Source of the DNA: a virus
Lineage: Duplodnaviria > Caudoviricetes
Length of the DNA stretch: 61,771 nucleotides
Virus record (IMG/VR): IMGVR_UViG_3300025030_000018
Coordinates: 1 to 61,771 of that record
Reading direction: 5' to 3' (one strand)
Part shown: in pieces, positions 7,804 to 16,174 of the stretch
How positions within the stretch are numbered: position 1 is the first letter of the stretch
Layout: each line of letters begins with the position of its first letter
Translations under genes and position numbers: made by a program
The notes under the pieces: model-generated
The model's database searches: none
What the model was told of the DNA's origin: nothing
What the model saw: the letters and a program-made list of their open reading frames with translations, nothing else

Positions 7804-8037
7804 TCATTTATCAATTTCGGGTCCGAAATCTCGCAACGCCGCTCGCGCCCCGGCGTCAAACGAAGAATCTATCCCAGATACTTTGGCTTCCAGGTCTTCG
7901 GCCGAGGTTCTCGTGTGAAGCAGTTCTCCTACCGCCCAAGCGTAGCCCATCGACCACTCTTCCTCCTGTTTTCGCTTCCTACGTCTCGAGAAATAGCCTT
8001 GTATGTTCTTCCGCATACTGTTCTCCTTTAGCTTCAA
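7804..8037 (-). CDS. Hypothetical protein
   Basis: 77-aa ORF after polymerase; true start may be the internal MRKN. Confidence 0.55.
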   Translation of the reverse strand: MKLKENSMRKNIQGYFSRRRKRKQEEEWSMGYAWAVGELLHTRTSAEDLEAKVSGIDSSFDAGARAALRDFGPEIDK

Positions 8038-10236
8038 TCATTTCTCACATTCTCCATAAGAGACAGCGTACCCTCCCGACGACTTCAGCGGGAGGTCGGG
8101 GCACCAGGAAGGTGCGGTTGCCATTTCTACCTTCATCATCTGTAAGCACTCGTCGGCGTACCTCTCAGGCACGACCGTGATTAGTTCGTCGTGGGTGCTA
8201 GACACGATCTCCGCGACCTCGCCGGGGCGCAGGGAGTACTCCCGCAGCCGGGGGATAACCTTCAACGCTTGGTCGGAGATGACCAGTCGGGACAAAGCCT
8301 GGGTGCCATTTTCCGCGCATTTACCAGCATATAGCTTAGTCCACTCTTTCTTTCTTACGTTCGCCAGATACTTATAGTCGCCACTGTCAGACTTCCGGAG
8401 CTTGCTATAGCGGATCTTCATGCCGTTTGGCAGGACGTATCCTTCCTTGTCCGTATGCACCAGCGGCCTGCCGCCCACCCCGCGCTCTTGGCCGAGGAGG
8501 ATGTCAGTAAGGGACGCCTGGCAGTCCTTCCATAATGCCGTCACTCTGTTGTTCGAGGATCGGAACGAGTCCACCAGAAACTTCGTCACGGCGCAGTGCG
8601 TCAAGTGATCGTCCAAGGCTACATTCAGCGGGCAGCAGGCTTCGGCCTCTTCGTAGGCGTAGGTGAACCCCTTCTTATAGGACTTCTGATACCTGAACGC
8701 CTCGACATCGACGCCCAGTTGCTTGACGTAGGTCTGGTCGAAGATGATACCCTCCATCCCCATGAACCCGACCCGGACGCTCTCCTGCAACTTCCAGGCC
8801 CCCATCTGATAGCCGCATCCGAGAATGATAATCTTTCCTACCTGCCCCGCCGTCTTGTGCTCGGGGTTTGTCTTCCGACTGATCGGGTAGCCGTAAACTT
8901 TCGTCGCCATGAAGTCGTAAGGGTCGCCGCCGGCACGGAACATTTCAAGCATATCCTCTTGACCGGCCCAGTAGCAGAGCATCCGCGCCTCGATCTGGCT
9001 CAGGTCGCGCACAACCACAACATGCCCCGGAGGGGCGCAGAGCGACATCCGCAAGGCCCCGGCAGTAGGGTCTCGGTCGTCTACCCGGTTCAGGTTCTGG
9101 GCGTTCTGCTTATCCCCGCCGCTCCATCTATTTGTGTGGGCACCGTAGTAGTTCAGGTACACCGGGAACTTCCCTCGCTTGCCGATCTTATAGAACCGTT
9201 TGGTCCGGGTCTCCTTGATCGTGGACTTCACCCCGAGCCTGGCCTCGACCACTGCCTGGACCTGCGGGTCCGGGTGATCCTGAAGCATTTTGAACTCCTC
9301 GTCCGACTTGCCAAAGGCATAGGCCCAAGGGTAAACTTTCCCCTCGGCTTTCAACTCGGCAGCGCGAGCCTTGTAGTCACCCTGCGTCATGCCCGCCGCC
9401 TTGGCGTCTTTCCAAGGGATCATCTTGAACGACGGCAGTATCCCGCTCGGCGGATCGCCCACGTTGTCCGGGTCCACCCTGCCGTCTTTTATTTTGGCCG
9501 GGCTTAATTTCTTATGCGGGTCTACGCCCATAGTGAGCAGCAGGGCGGCAAACTTGTCGCCGGAGGAGAGCACGGTCTTGTCGGACACGCACTGCCTGAT
9601 CAGCGCCCGTTTGCGCCTCCGCTCCTGCTTATACGCCTCGACAAGCGGGGCCTGGTCCACGACGAACACCGGCTCAGTAAACCGCCGGATAGTCCAGTCG
9701 ATCAACCGCAACTCCGACACCGGGAAGTGGCCCTTGAGCGCATCGAAGATGTCAGCGGTCAGCTCTACGTCGTTGCAGCAGTACCCACCCATGATCTCCT
9801 GCTCTGCATCTGTCAGGTGCCATTTGCCTGCGAAGTGGACAAGCTCGGTGCCTTTCTCCCCTACACCGAGGAGTTTTGCGACGTTGGCGAGGCTGGAGGA
9901 CTCGTGCGGGAAGATCGCTCTTGCCATAGACAGAGTGCATCCCCAGAACGCTGGGCGGATGCCGCAGCGCCAAGTAAGGATTGCCCCGTCAAAATGACTG
10001 TGATGTGCGATGACAAAGGAGTCGTGCCACGGATGGGTTCGTAGGAAATGCACGAGGTCGTCCGGTTTGTAGATGTAAAACGCTTTGTCGCGGTCGATCT
10101 TCACTCCCAGGCCGTGGGCTTTGAATAGCTTGTGCCTCACATATTCTTCGCTGGTCATCCGGGAGAGGGTGATATTTTCCTGTGTTATCGGGTGCTTGCC
10201 GTATGCCGACTCCCAGTCAAGTACTGTTCGGATCAT
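8038..10236 (-). CDS. Family A DNA polymerase with 3'-5' exonuclease domain
   Basis: Exo DWE, H..FD, Y...D; motif A DLSQIEAR; motif B K...LGCGY; motif C THDE. Confidence 0.95.
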   Translation of the reverse strand: MIRTVLDWESAYGKHPITQENITLSRMTSEEYVRHKLFKAHGLGVKIDRDKAFYIYKPDDLVHFLRTHPWHDSFVIAHHSHFDGAILTWRCGIRPAFWGCTLSMARAIFPHESSSLANVAKLLGVGEKGTELVHFAGKWHLTDAEQEIMGGYCCNDVELTADIFDALKGHFPVSELRLIDWTIRRFTEPVFVVDQAPLVEAYKQERRRKRALIRQCVSDKTVLSSGDKFAALLLTMGVDPHKKLSPAKIKDGRVDPDNVGDPPSGILPSFKMIPWKDAKAAGMTQGDYKARAAELKAEGKVYPWAYAFGKSDEEFKMLQDHPDPQVQAVVEARLGVKSTIKETRTKRFYKIGKRGKFPVYLNYYGAHTNRWSGGDKQNAQNLNRVDDRDPTAGALRMSLCAPPGHVVVVRDLSQIEARMLCYWAGQEDMLEMFRAGGDPYDFMATKVYGYPISRKTNPEHKTAGQVGKIIILGCGYQMGAWKLQESVRVGFMGMEGIIFDQTYVKQLGVDVEAFRYQKSYKKGFTYAYEEAEACCPLNVALDDHLTHCAVTKFLVDSFRSSNNRVTALWKDCQASLTDILLGQERGVGGRPLVHTDKEGYVLPNGMKIRYSKLRKSDSGDYKYLANVRKKEWTKLYAGKCAENGTQALSRLVISDQALKVIPRLREYSLRPGEVAEIVSSTHDELITVVPERYADECLQMMKVEMATAPSWCPDLPLKSSGGYAVSYGECEK

Positions 10237-10391
10237 TTTCTCTCCAGCAGCGCCCTGCGCTCTTTGGCCTTATATGCTTTCGAGGCTTCCTTCGAGTTGC
10301 TGCCCCAAGGCGTGCAGCATGGGCAGTCAATATTTGTCCCTTTCAGTTTCCTGTTGGCGCAGGCTTTTCTCGGCTTACCATATGCTTTCAT
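10233..10391 (-). CDS. 52-aa basic protein (not in ORF track)
   Basis: MKAYGKPRKACANRKLKGTNIDCPCC...; ATGA overlaps at both ends. Confidence 0.55.
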   Translation of the reverse strand: MKAYGKPRKACANRKLKGTNIDCPCCTPWGSNSKEASKAYKAKERRALLERK

Positions 10392-10573
10392 CTCTTCTTC
10401 CCCTCGTAAAATTGCGGAGCTAGTGCGACCATCATGGCAGTGTACGCCATTGCGTTGTGCACCCTCTTGCTACGCTGTCTGGGCGTTTCATCCCTCGGCT
10501 CTGCCGGATACGGGACGTTGATGAGGAGGATTGTGAGCCAGCGGTTCTTCGGGACTGAGTATCGTTTGGTCAT
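10388..10573 (-). CDS. Hypothetical protein
   Basis: 61-aa ORF with ATGA overlaps. Confidence 0.55.
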   Translation of the reverse strand: MTKRYSVPKNRWLTILLINVPYPAEPRDETPRQRSKRVHNAMAYTAMMVALAPQFYEGKKR

Positions 10574-10749
10574 TTGGCTTTCTCCTGCCTCTCAATATGC
10601 TCCCGTAACCGGGACAACTTCTCCTCGTATTCCCTCGGCACGGCCTCGCCGCGCTCCCACCGTGCGACCTGGGAGGTGCTGGCACCGAGGATCTGGGCGA
10701 TCTGGGCCTGGGTCTTGCCGAGTGATTTTCTTATTTGTTTGGGGGTCAT
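10570..10749 (-). CDS. XRE/Cro-like HTH protein, 59 aa (not in ORF track)
   Basis: IRKSLGKTQAQIAQILGASTSQVARWERG. Confidence 0.8.
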   Translation of the reverse strand: MTPKQIRKSLGKTQAQIAQILGASTSQVARWERGEAVPREYEEKLSRLREHIERQEKAK

Positions 10750-10982
10750 CTTCTCCCCTTCGTCAAAAGGTTAACGTGTATTGCCTCTTTATTGAGGCGG
10801 CTCATCGGGTTACTTGGCGGCTCTCGGTCTACAGCGTTACGTAGGGAGCGCTCGACGAACCGTTTGAAATGGGTTTCACTCACCCCGACCGGCAGGTCCA
10901 CCTCGATGATGAATTTTTTCGCGTCTGTGGTCGTGGTAAGCACTTGGTCCTCCAGGGTGGAGGTGGTCAGTAGCTCTAGCAT
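10746..10982 (-). CDS. Hypothetical protein
   Basis: 78-aa ORF with AAGGAGG RBS. Confidence 0.6.
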   Translation of the reverse strand: MLELLTTSTLEDQVLTTTTDAKKFIIEVDLPVGVSETHFKRFVERSLRNAVDREPPSNPMSRLNKEAIHVNLLTKGRR

Positions 10983-10991
10983 GTACCCTCC

Positions 10992-11222
10992 TTAGTTAGG
11001 GAAAATTTTTAATGTGTCAAGTAAAAATGCTGTGCCTGCGATAATAAGTGCGATGTAAGCAGCAAGCCCTATTGCGACGAACCACCTCTTACGCGGCTTC
11101 GGCAGATACTCTTCGCCGTAGTCCTTCGGGCTTATAACTCGGAACGGCACCTGCTCCTGAAAGTCACGCCGAAAGCGCCTGCTTGCCTCTATGTACTCTC
11201 TATCGACTCTCGCTCTGCTCAT
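10992..11222 (-). CDS. Small membrane-anchored protein
   Basis: Start re-called at MSRARV; C-terminal hydrophobic helix. Confidence 0.55.
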   Translation of the reverse strand: MSRARVDREYIEASRRFRRDFQEQVPFRVISPKDYGEEYLPKPRKRWFVAIGLAAYIALIIAGTAFLLDTLKIFPN

Positions 11223-11640
11223 CTCCTCTCCTCCCACGCTCCGCATGGTCTGATTTTTTAAGGTTGTGTGTCCGTACTTTGTCTCCAAGCGCCTGCCAGG
11301 CGGCGTTACCCATCCCACCAAAGGAGAAGGCTTCGCCGGTTATTTTCCTGCCTTTCCTGGCCTTGGGTGCCAAGATCGCCGGGTAGTCCCACCCGTAGTT
11401 GTGTATCCGCTGACCGAGGCCGTGGGCCTTGATCCCAACGATGGCCGCGAGGTCTTTCAAACTGTAGGTCTTGCCGTCGTCGCAGTCGAGCATCGTGACC
11501 ATGTTCGGCCCTTTGCCTGTGACCTTGACGAGGTACGGCGGGCGGACTATGCGGTTCGGCTTAGGAAGGTCGGCCAAGACCTGTTTGATGAGATCTTGCA
11601 GGGCCTGGGGCTGGGTTGTTTCGGCTTGTCGAAGGTGCAT
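11200..11640 (-). CDS. Hypothetical protein with possible HTH-like DNA-binding motif
   Basis: DGKTYSLKDLAAIVGI...L..RI..YGW resembles a phage DNA-binding motif. Confidence 0.55.
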   Translation of the reverse strand: MHLRQAETTQPQALQDLIKQVLADLPKPNRIVRPPYLVKVTGKGPNMVTMLDCDDGKTYSLKDLAAIVGIKAHGLGQRIHNYGWDYPAILAPKARKGRKITGEAFSFGGMGNAAWQALGDKVRTHNLKKSDHAERGRRGDEQSESR

Positions 11641-12168
11641 TTATTCCTCCTCCAAATTTTTCTCAACCCAGTCAGTGTACCCCAGGCGGGTCTCTCCTGC
11701 CGCTACGGCGGCTTGCCAGTCGGCGAAGGGGAAGTCTTCCGCGATAGCGGTCAGGTCGATCCTCTTGGGTTCTTCGCCCTCAGTCATGACGACGAACAGT
11801 CCAGGCCCTCCAATCGGATCTCTCAGGATGTCAAGGGCGTTCATCGCGGCGGATATGGGCGAGTCGGCTTTAGTGTCCAGTTGCCATTCTACTACGTAGT
11901 GTTTGAGTTTCATTACTTGCTCCTCTTTCATCCATAGTTTTGCTTTCTTGAAGGCTTCCGCCACCACATCGTCCCGGCTTGCCATGCCTCGCTGGATATA
12001 CTCTTTCCATGCCGGAGCATTAGGGCCGTAGCCAAGAGCGTTCTGGTCTCCCTGCTTGCCCTTGACCACCTTCACGCTGAAGGTGTTGTGCTGGCAGAAC
12101 CGGGTATAGACAAAGACTGGGTAATCACCTATCCAGTTCCAGCTCATGCGGGTCTTAGCGGATGTCAT
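11641..12168 (-). CDS. Hypothetical protein
   Basis: 175-aa ORF; C-terminal DW...V..GETRLGY.DWV motif. Confidence 0.6.
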   Translation of the reverse strand: MTSAKTRMSWNWIGDYPVFVYTRFCQHNTFSVKVVKGKQGDQNALGYGPNAPAWKEYIQRGMASRDDVVAEAFKKAKLWMKEEQVMKLKHYVVEWQLDTKADSPISAAMNALDILRDPIGGPGLFVVMTEGEEPKRIDLTAIAEDFPFADWQAAVAAGETRLGYTDWVEKNLEEE

Positions 12169-12413
12169 AAGTCCGCTCCGTAAAGAATTGGTGAGTGGTG
12201 CCCCTCGAACATTACCGAGAGGGCGTAGTCGTCGTAGGGGGCTTGGTGACTGTCCGCTGAAGCGGCGTCTTTCTGCCCGAACTTGAACGCTTGGGCCTCA
12301 TCTTCAGCCTCGACGTGGGCCACGTAAACGTCCTGGCCGTGTGGAGAGTTCTCGCACAGGTAGTCCGGACGGAGTAAAACGACGGTGTATTTTTTCCTTA
12401 AGTTATTACTCAT
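12165..12413 (-). CDS. Hypothetical protein
   Basis: 82-aa ORF with ATGA overlaps. Confidence 0.6.
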   Translation of the reverse strand: MSNNLRKKYTVVLLRPDYLCENSPHGQDVYVAHVEAEDEAQAFKFGQKDAASADSHQAPYDDYALSVMFEGHHSPILYGADL

Positions 12414-12961
12414 GCGGTTTCTTCAGCCTCCATTCTCATAATGGTTTTAATGGTCTCGATATACTGTCGGTACTGTTTGCCGTGGTCGGTGCCGTTGTGA
12501 TTTTTCTCAACTGCCGCCTCGAACGCTGCGAGGTCGCCTTTAAAGCAGCCACAAACGACTTGGACAGTTTCCCCCAGCCAGTAGGTCGTAGTCTGGGCGT
12601 TGCGCGATCCGATCTTTTTGCCGGTGTACCTGTTCGGGTTCTCCTTGAAGTCGGAGCAGTCGGAGCAGTCGGAGCAGTCGGAGCAGTCGGAGCAGCTGGA
12701 GCAGTCGGAGCAGTCGGAGCAGCCGGAGCAGTCGGAGCAGTAGCGGCAGTCGGAGCAGTCGGAGCAGCCGGAGCAGCCGGAGCAGCCGGAGCAGTAGCGG
12801 CAGTAGCGGCAGCCGGAGCAGTCGGAGCAGTAGCGGCAGCCGGAGCAGTCGGAGCAGTTGGTTAAGGTCTTTGAAAAGTTCTCGGCCTGGGCCTCGGTGT
12901 AAATGTCAGCGTCCCAGCGATTATTATTGTCGTCGTAGTACCCTCCGTTTTTTAAGATCAT
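12410..12961 (-). CDS. Cys-tripeptide repeat protein with IGSR...CGCF.G C-terminal domain
   Basis: 23 tandem Cxx units followed by a C-terminal domain familiar from phage repeat proteins. Confidence 0.8.
   Translation of the reverse strand: MILKNGGYYDDNNNRWDADIYTEAQAENFSKTLTNCSDCSGCRYCSDCSGCRYCRYCSGCSGCSGCSDCSDCRYCSDCSGCSDCSDCSSCSDCSDCSDCSDCSDFKENPNRYTGKKIGSRNAQTTTYWLGETVQVVCGCFKGDLAAFEAAVEKNHNGTDHGKQYRQYIETIKTIMRMEAEETA
12650..12856. repeat. 9-bp tandem repeat, 23 units
   Basis: Units GTCGGAGCA / GCCGGAGCA / GTAGCGGCA encoding CSD / CSG / CRY on the minus strand. Confidence 0.95.
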
Positions 12962-13137
12962 TTCTCCTCCTCAAAGTGAATCTCCGCCATGCGGAGGATA
13001 GCCTGCGGGTCCAGTCCCTCTTGATGGGCGAGGTGGAGCAGGTTGGTTACTAGGTCGATGATATTTTCCTCAGTAGGCCCTTGGTGCATGAGGGCGAGAG
13101 GTTCTTCGCCTCTTGCTGCTCTTTCTTCGTTTGTCAT
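12958..13137 (-). CDS. 59-aa hypothetical protein (not in ORF track)
   Basis: MTNEERAARG...DLVTNLLHLA...AEIHFEEEK; AAGGAG RBS. Confidence 0.7.
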   Translation of the reverse strand: MTNEERAARGEEPLALMHQGPTEENIIDLVTNLLHLAHQEGLDPQAILRMAEIHFEEEK

Positions 13138-13165
13138 TTGGTCTCTCCTTTCCTTAATTATCTTT

Positions 13166-13193
13166 AAAAACGCCCCAGGATGATCCCAGGGCG
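13166..13193 (-). terminator. Intrinsic terminator
   Basis: CGCCCTGGGA-TCA-TCCTGGGGCG imperfect stem followed by TTTTT on the minus strand. Confidence 0.6.
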
Positions 13194-13376
13194 CTGGTGG
13201 CTATCGCCTGTGGTTTTGTGGTGCTGGCCTTTACTCCAGCGGTGTCATGGTGGGCCTCCTGTGGGTTTTAAATGGGAACTGGGTTAGTCTGCCGGGCAGT
13301 CCGGCCCTATGTACTGCCTCAACCCCGCTCTCTTGCGAGATTACGGGGCGGGCTTGAAGGGTTTTTGGGGATTGGG

Positions 13377-13556
13377 TCAGGTTTCGTTCTCCAGGACGAA
13401 GGTCCGTCCGCTCCACCGAGTCAGGAAATAGTTGATCTGCGTTTCCCGGCCTGCGTTGTTTATCACAGCGGCCTCGTCCGCCTTGGCCTCGTAGACGGCC
13501 TCGTCGAGGTCTTCTTGGGACATGGCTTCGAGTTCTGCTATTTGGTCTTGGTTCAT
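13377..13556 (-). CDS. 59-aa acidic protein (not in ORF track)
   Basis: MNQDQIAELEAMSQEDLDEAVYEAKADEAA...; ATGA overlap with upstream gene. Confidence 0.7.
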   Translation of the reverse strand: MNQDQIAELEAMSQEDLDEAVYEAKADEAAVINNAGRETQINYFLTRWSGRTFVLENET

Positions 13557-13804
13557 ATTTTGTCTCCGTTTGGAAAGAATTTACCGCCTCGCAACTCCCC
13601 AAGAAATACTTTCGGAGTGTGCCCATTGCTGCCGCCAGTCTGATACACCCGAAAGTAGTCTTCTTCCGTAGCCTGGTCGTACCAAGCCTCTACAGATATA
13701 CCAGCGTCCCAGCCGTTTATCTTGGCAGAGATCCCGCTGTCTTTACTGCCGAGTCTGGACGCCTCGCCTCTATTCCCTTGGATTGTTGCCATAAATTGTG
13801 CCAT
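13553..13804 (-). CDS. Hypothetical phage early protein
   Basis: MAQF..TIQGNRGEASRLG...NGW..G...TGGSNG; AAGGAG RBS. Confidence 0.7.
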   Translation of the reverse strand: MAQFMATIQGNRGEASRLGSKDSGISAKINGWDAGISVEAWYDQATEEDYFRVYQTGGSNGHTPKVFLGELRGGKFFPNGDKI

Positions 13805-13818
13805 GTTCTTTCTCCTTT

Positions 13819-14472
13819 TTAGTCTTCATCTTGATTAAACCTACGCTCTTTGAGCGTGGCGGCTACGCCGCGTAGGGTGATCAGCATATGTCGGGGTATG
13901 ACGTACTCTCCTGACTCGTACCTGTTCACGGTGGCTCGGCTGACTCCGAGGAGTACTGCGAGCTGGGCCTGGTTGAGTCCGAAGGTTTTTCTTAAGAGTT
14001 TGAGGTGCTCGGGTTTGGCTCTGGGCGCTTCGGCCTCAGATGGCCGGGAAGGGTGCTCAGAGGCCCGTGGGTCGTCCGTTTGAGGGAAGGGTATATGTCC
14101 GGTAGGGTCAGCGTGCAAATGGGCCAGAGAGAGGAATTTCAGCAGTGCTTCAGGGGCGTGCTGGCTGCGCTCCAGGGCTTCCCACTCGTCAGGGAGCAGG
14201 TAGAACTTTTCAGCGGCGTCGGAGATGGTCCAGCCGAGTTTGGTCCGGAGGGTTGCGATATCCTGGCCGGACTTGTCGGGCGCACGGTCGGATGTCAGGA
14301 GCAGCTTATTGATCTCGTGGTCCTGCTTAGGGTGGACCTTAAGCTGTCCGGACTCTTTTCGGCGCAGGGTGCGACCGTCCATGAGGAGGTACTCGGCCAA
14401 GGCTGCCTGTGACATGTTGAGGGCCTGACGCTTCAGGCGGATCAGGTGGTGTATTGGTTGGGTGGTGTACAT
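13819..14472 (-). CDS. Protein with three XRE-type HTH domains
   Basis: MSQAALAEYL..RRKESG; WTISDAAEKF..WEALE; LNQAQLAVLLGVSRATVNRYESG. Confidence 0.85.
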   Translation of the reverse strand: MYTTQPIHHLIRLKRQALNMSQAALAEYLLMDGRTLRRKESGQLKVHPKQDHEINKLLLTSDRAPDKSGQDIATLRTKLGWTISDAAEKFYLLPDEWEALERSQHAPEALLKFLSLAHLHADPTGHIPFPQTDDPRASEHPSRPSEAEAPRAKPEHLKLLRKTFGLNQAQLAVLLGVSRATVNRYESGEYVIPRHMLITLRGVAATLKERRFNQDED

Positions 14473-14475
14473 ACT

Positions 14476-14820
14476 CTATTCCTCTATAGATGCGAAGAGT
14501 TCGCGAAGGGATTCAGTGAATGCCGCAGGTATTCTCCGCTTACCGCTTTCATATCGCTGCCAAGTGCGGTAGCCGATACCGGCCAGGTCTGCCGCTTCCT
14601 TCTGAGTGAGCCTGAGGGAGTTGCGGAAAAGGATCAAGTCTTTTTTATCGCCCTCTGGTCGTAGGAGGTGCGCAAGTTTTGCCTCAGATTTCTTGGTCAC
14701 TATTCTTTCCCCGGTCTCCAAGAGGTTGAGGTGCCAGATAGGGATCTTAGTTGCGGTCGCCACCTCTGAGAGGGTAAGACCTTTTGCAAGGCGCAGGGTT
14801 TGCAATTCTTGTGATGTCAT
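14476..14820 (-). CDS. Protein with two XRE-type HTH domains
   Basis: GLTLSEVATAT..LETG; LTQKEAADLAGIGYRTWQRYESG. Confidence 0.85.
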   Translation of the reverse strand: MTSQELQTLRLAKGLTLSEVATATKIPIWHLNLLETGERIVTKKSEAKLAHLLRPEGDKKDLILFRNSLRLTQKEAADLAGIGYRTWQRYESGKRRIPAAFTESLRELFASIEE

Positions 14821-14855
14821 CGGTTCTCTCCTTGATGTTTTGTTCTCTTGTCTCC

Positions 14856-14884
14856 TTTATACAGCCACGCCCAAAAAGTGTCAA
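14856..14884 (-). promoter_or_regulatory. Near-consensus sigma70 promoter of the HTH operon
   Basis: TTGACA-17 nt-TATAAA; the spacer contains one copy of the ACGCCCAAAAA repeat. Confidence 0.75.
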
Positions 14885-15930
14885 GGAAAATGTCTGTGCT
14901 TGTGACATTCTAGTTAACAATTTTATTTTTGCTGTGATTCCAATAGGATGCATTTTTCGGGCGTGTTTTGTCAGAGGGGGCGTGTCCGAGATAGGGCGGT
15001 TTTTCGGCGTTTACGCCCAAAAAATGCTCCGATCAAAAAAATCGTGCACCAAAATGTGCTTGAAATTATTAGGAAAGTGGATTTTTTTGTTAAAAAAATA
15101 AAAAGAAGAAAGAGAGATTTTAATATTTTACGCCCTAAGTCGTTACACCTGGAGAGTAGGTGTGTTGTTAGGCAGAGGGGTGGGAGGCCAAAAAGAGGTG
15201 TAACGACTTAGGGCGTAAAATTTCAAAAATGATGATGTTTTTTTTTTTTTTTTAACAAACCAAAAAAATTATTATTACTTACTTACTTATAAAATATATA
15301 ATAATAATAAGGCTTTTGCGCTGGACACCAGCAAAAAACTTTGTGAAAAAAATTTTGGGCATTTGTAACTTTCATACACCAAAAACGCCGTTTTTCGCCC
15401 CAACTCGTTACAAAAAAATGTAGCAAATGTCCGCGTCCTATAACAAATTGTTACGCAAATGTCCGCCCTGTTACGCCCAAAAAATGCGAAATGCCCTATC
15501 TCGGAACAAAAAAAGCTGAAAATGTCCTATCTCGACACGCCCAAAACTCGCGCTAACGCCCAAAACCTGCCCGAAGCACGCCCAAAAACTACCCAAAACA
15601 CGCCCAAAAAGTGCGCAAAACTAGAGCGGTTTGCCCGACAGTTTTCAAGGGCAGCACACGCCCATTTTCGGCTTTTTTGGCCTGTTTGTGAAAAACTTTT
15701 TAACAAAGACATTTTTGGTGCTCGACTTAGGGCGGTTTTTACCTCCCATTTCAGTGTCCGACTTAGGGCGCTTTGTTAACTCAGATGTAACAAATGTTAC
15801 TCTCGGTTAACGTTTTTACGCTCGACTTAGGGCATTTTCCCGCCCTCTAAGCGTAACGCCTTGTTACGCCAAGTTAACAAAAAGCCCCATCCCGTGTCCG
15901 AGATAGGGCGGTTTTCGTGTAACAAATCGG
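14860..15930. repeat. Non-coding repeat-dense region with AT-rich core, putative replication origin
   Basis: 7 copies of ACGCCCAAAA, 9 of CGA(CT/GA)TAGG(G/A)C in both orientations, a 26-bp perfect inverted repeat, 23-bp direct repeats at 14981 and 15893, poly-T/AT tract at about 15220-15312. Confidence 0.6.
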
Positions 15931-15936
15931 ACGGTT

Positions 15937-16116
15937 TTACGTCCAGAACGACCTTCCGCAACTCGTACATTGGTGCTCGTGTAAGTAGGTGGGCTTGTCG
16001 TCTGGATCGTCTTCTGACTCCGCTTTCCATAATACGAGGTGCAGGCGGATCTCTGTATTTTTGCAAAACGGGCAGCCTGTGATGTCTTTGATTGTGTGCT
16101 TGAAGTTTTTTGGCAT
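15937..16116 (-). CDS. 59-aa zinc-ribbon protein (not in ORF track)
   Basis: CPFC ... CTSC; GAGGGG RBS. Confidence 0.65.
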   Translation of the reverse strand: MPKNFKHTIKDITGCPFCKNTEIRLHLVLWKAESEDDPDDKPTYLHEHQCTSCGRSFWT

Positions 16117-16174
16117 TTTTATCCCCTCAATTTTTAAGTTTTCCCTAACTCCCCATTGTGGGGAGGTTCGGAGT

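Noticed and set aside
12341-12865. Plus-strand GAVGAV repeat ORF
   Set aside because: Antisense shadow of the Cys-repeat gene, which has the RBS, operon context and recognisable C-terminal domain.
14606-15779. ORFs listed inside the repeat region (e.g. 14784-15101, 14948-15211, 15459-15779)
   Set aside because: Low-complexity translations of repeats without RBS or protein-like composition.
15721-15860. Pistol ribozyme suggested by CTCGACTTAGGGC...CCCTCTAAGCG
   Set aside because: The P1 closing strand and conserved AUAAA linker are missing; the words belong to the local repeat family.
14860-15930. CRISPR mini-array
   Set aside because: Repeats are short (10-26 bp), in both orientations and irregularly spaced, with no constant repeat-spacer period and no cas operon.
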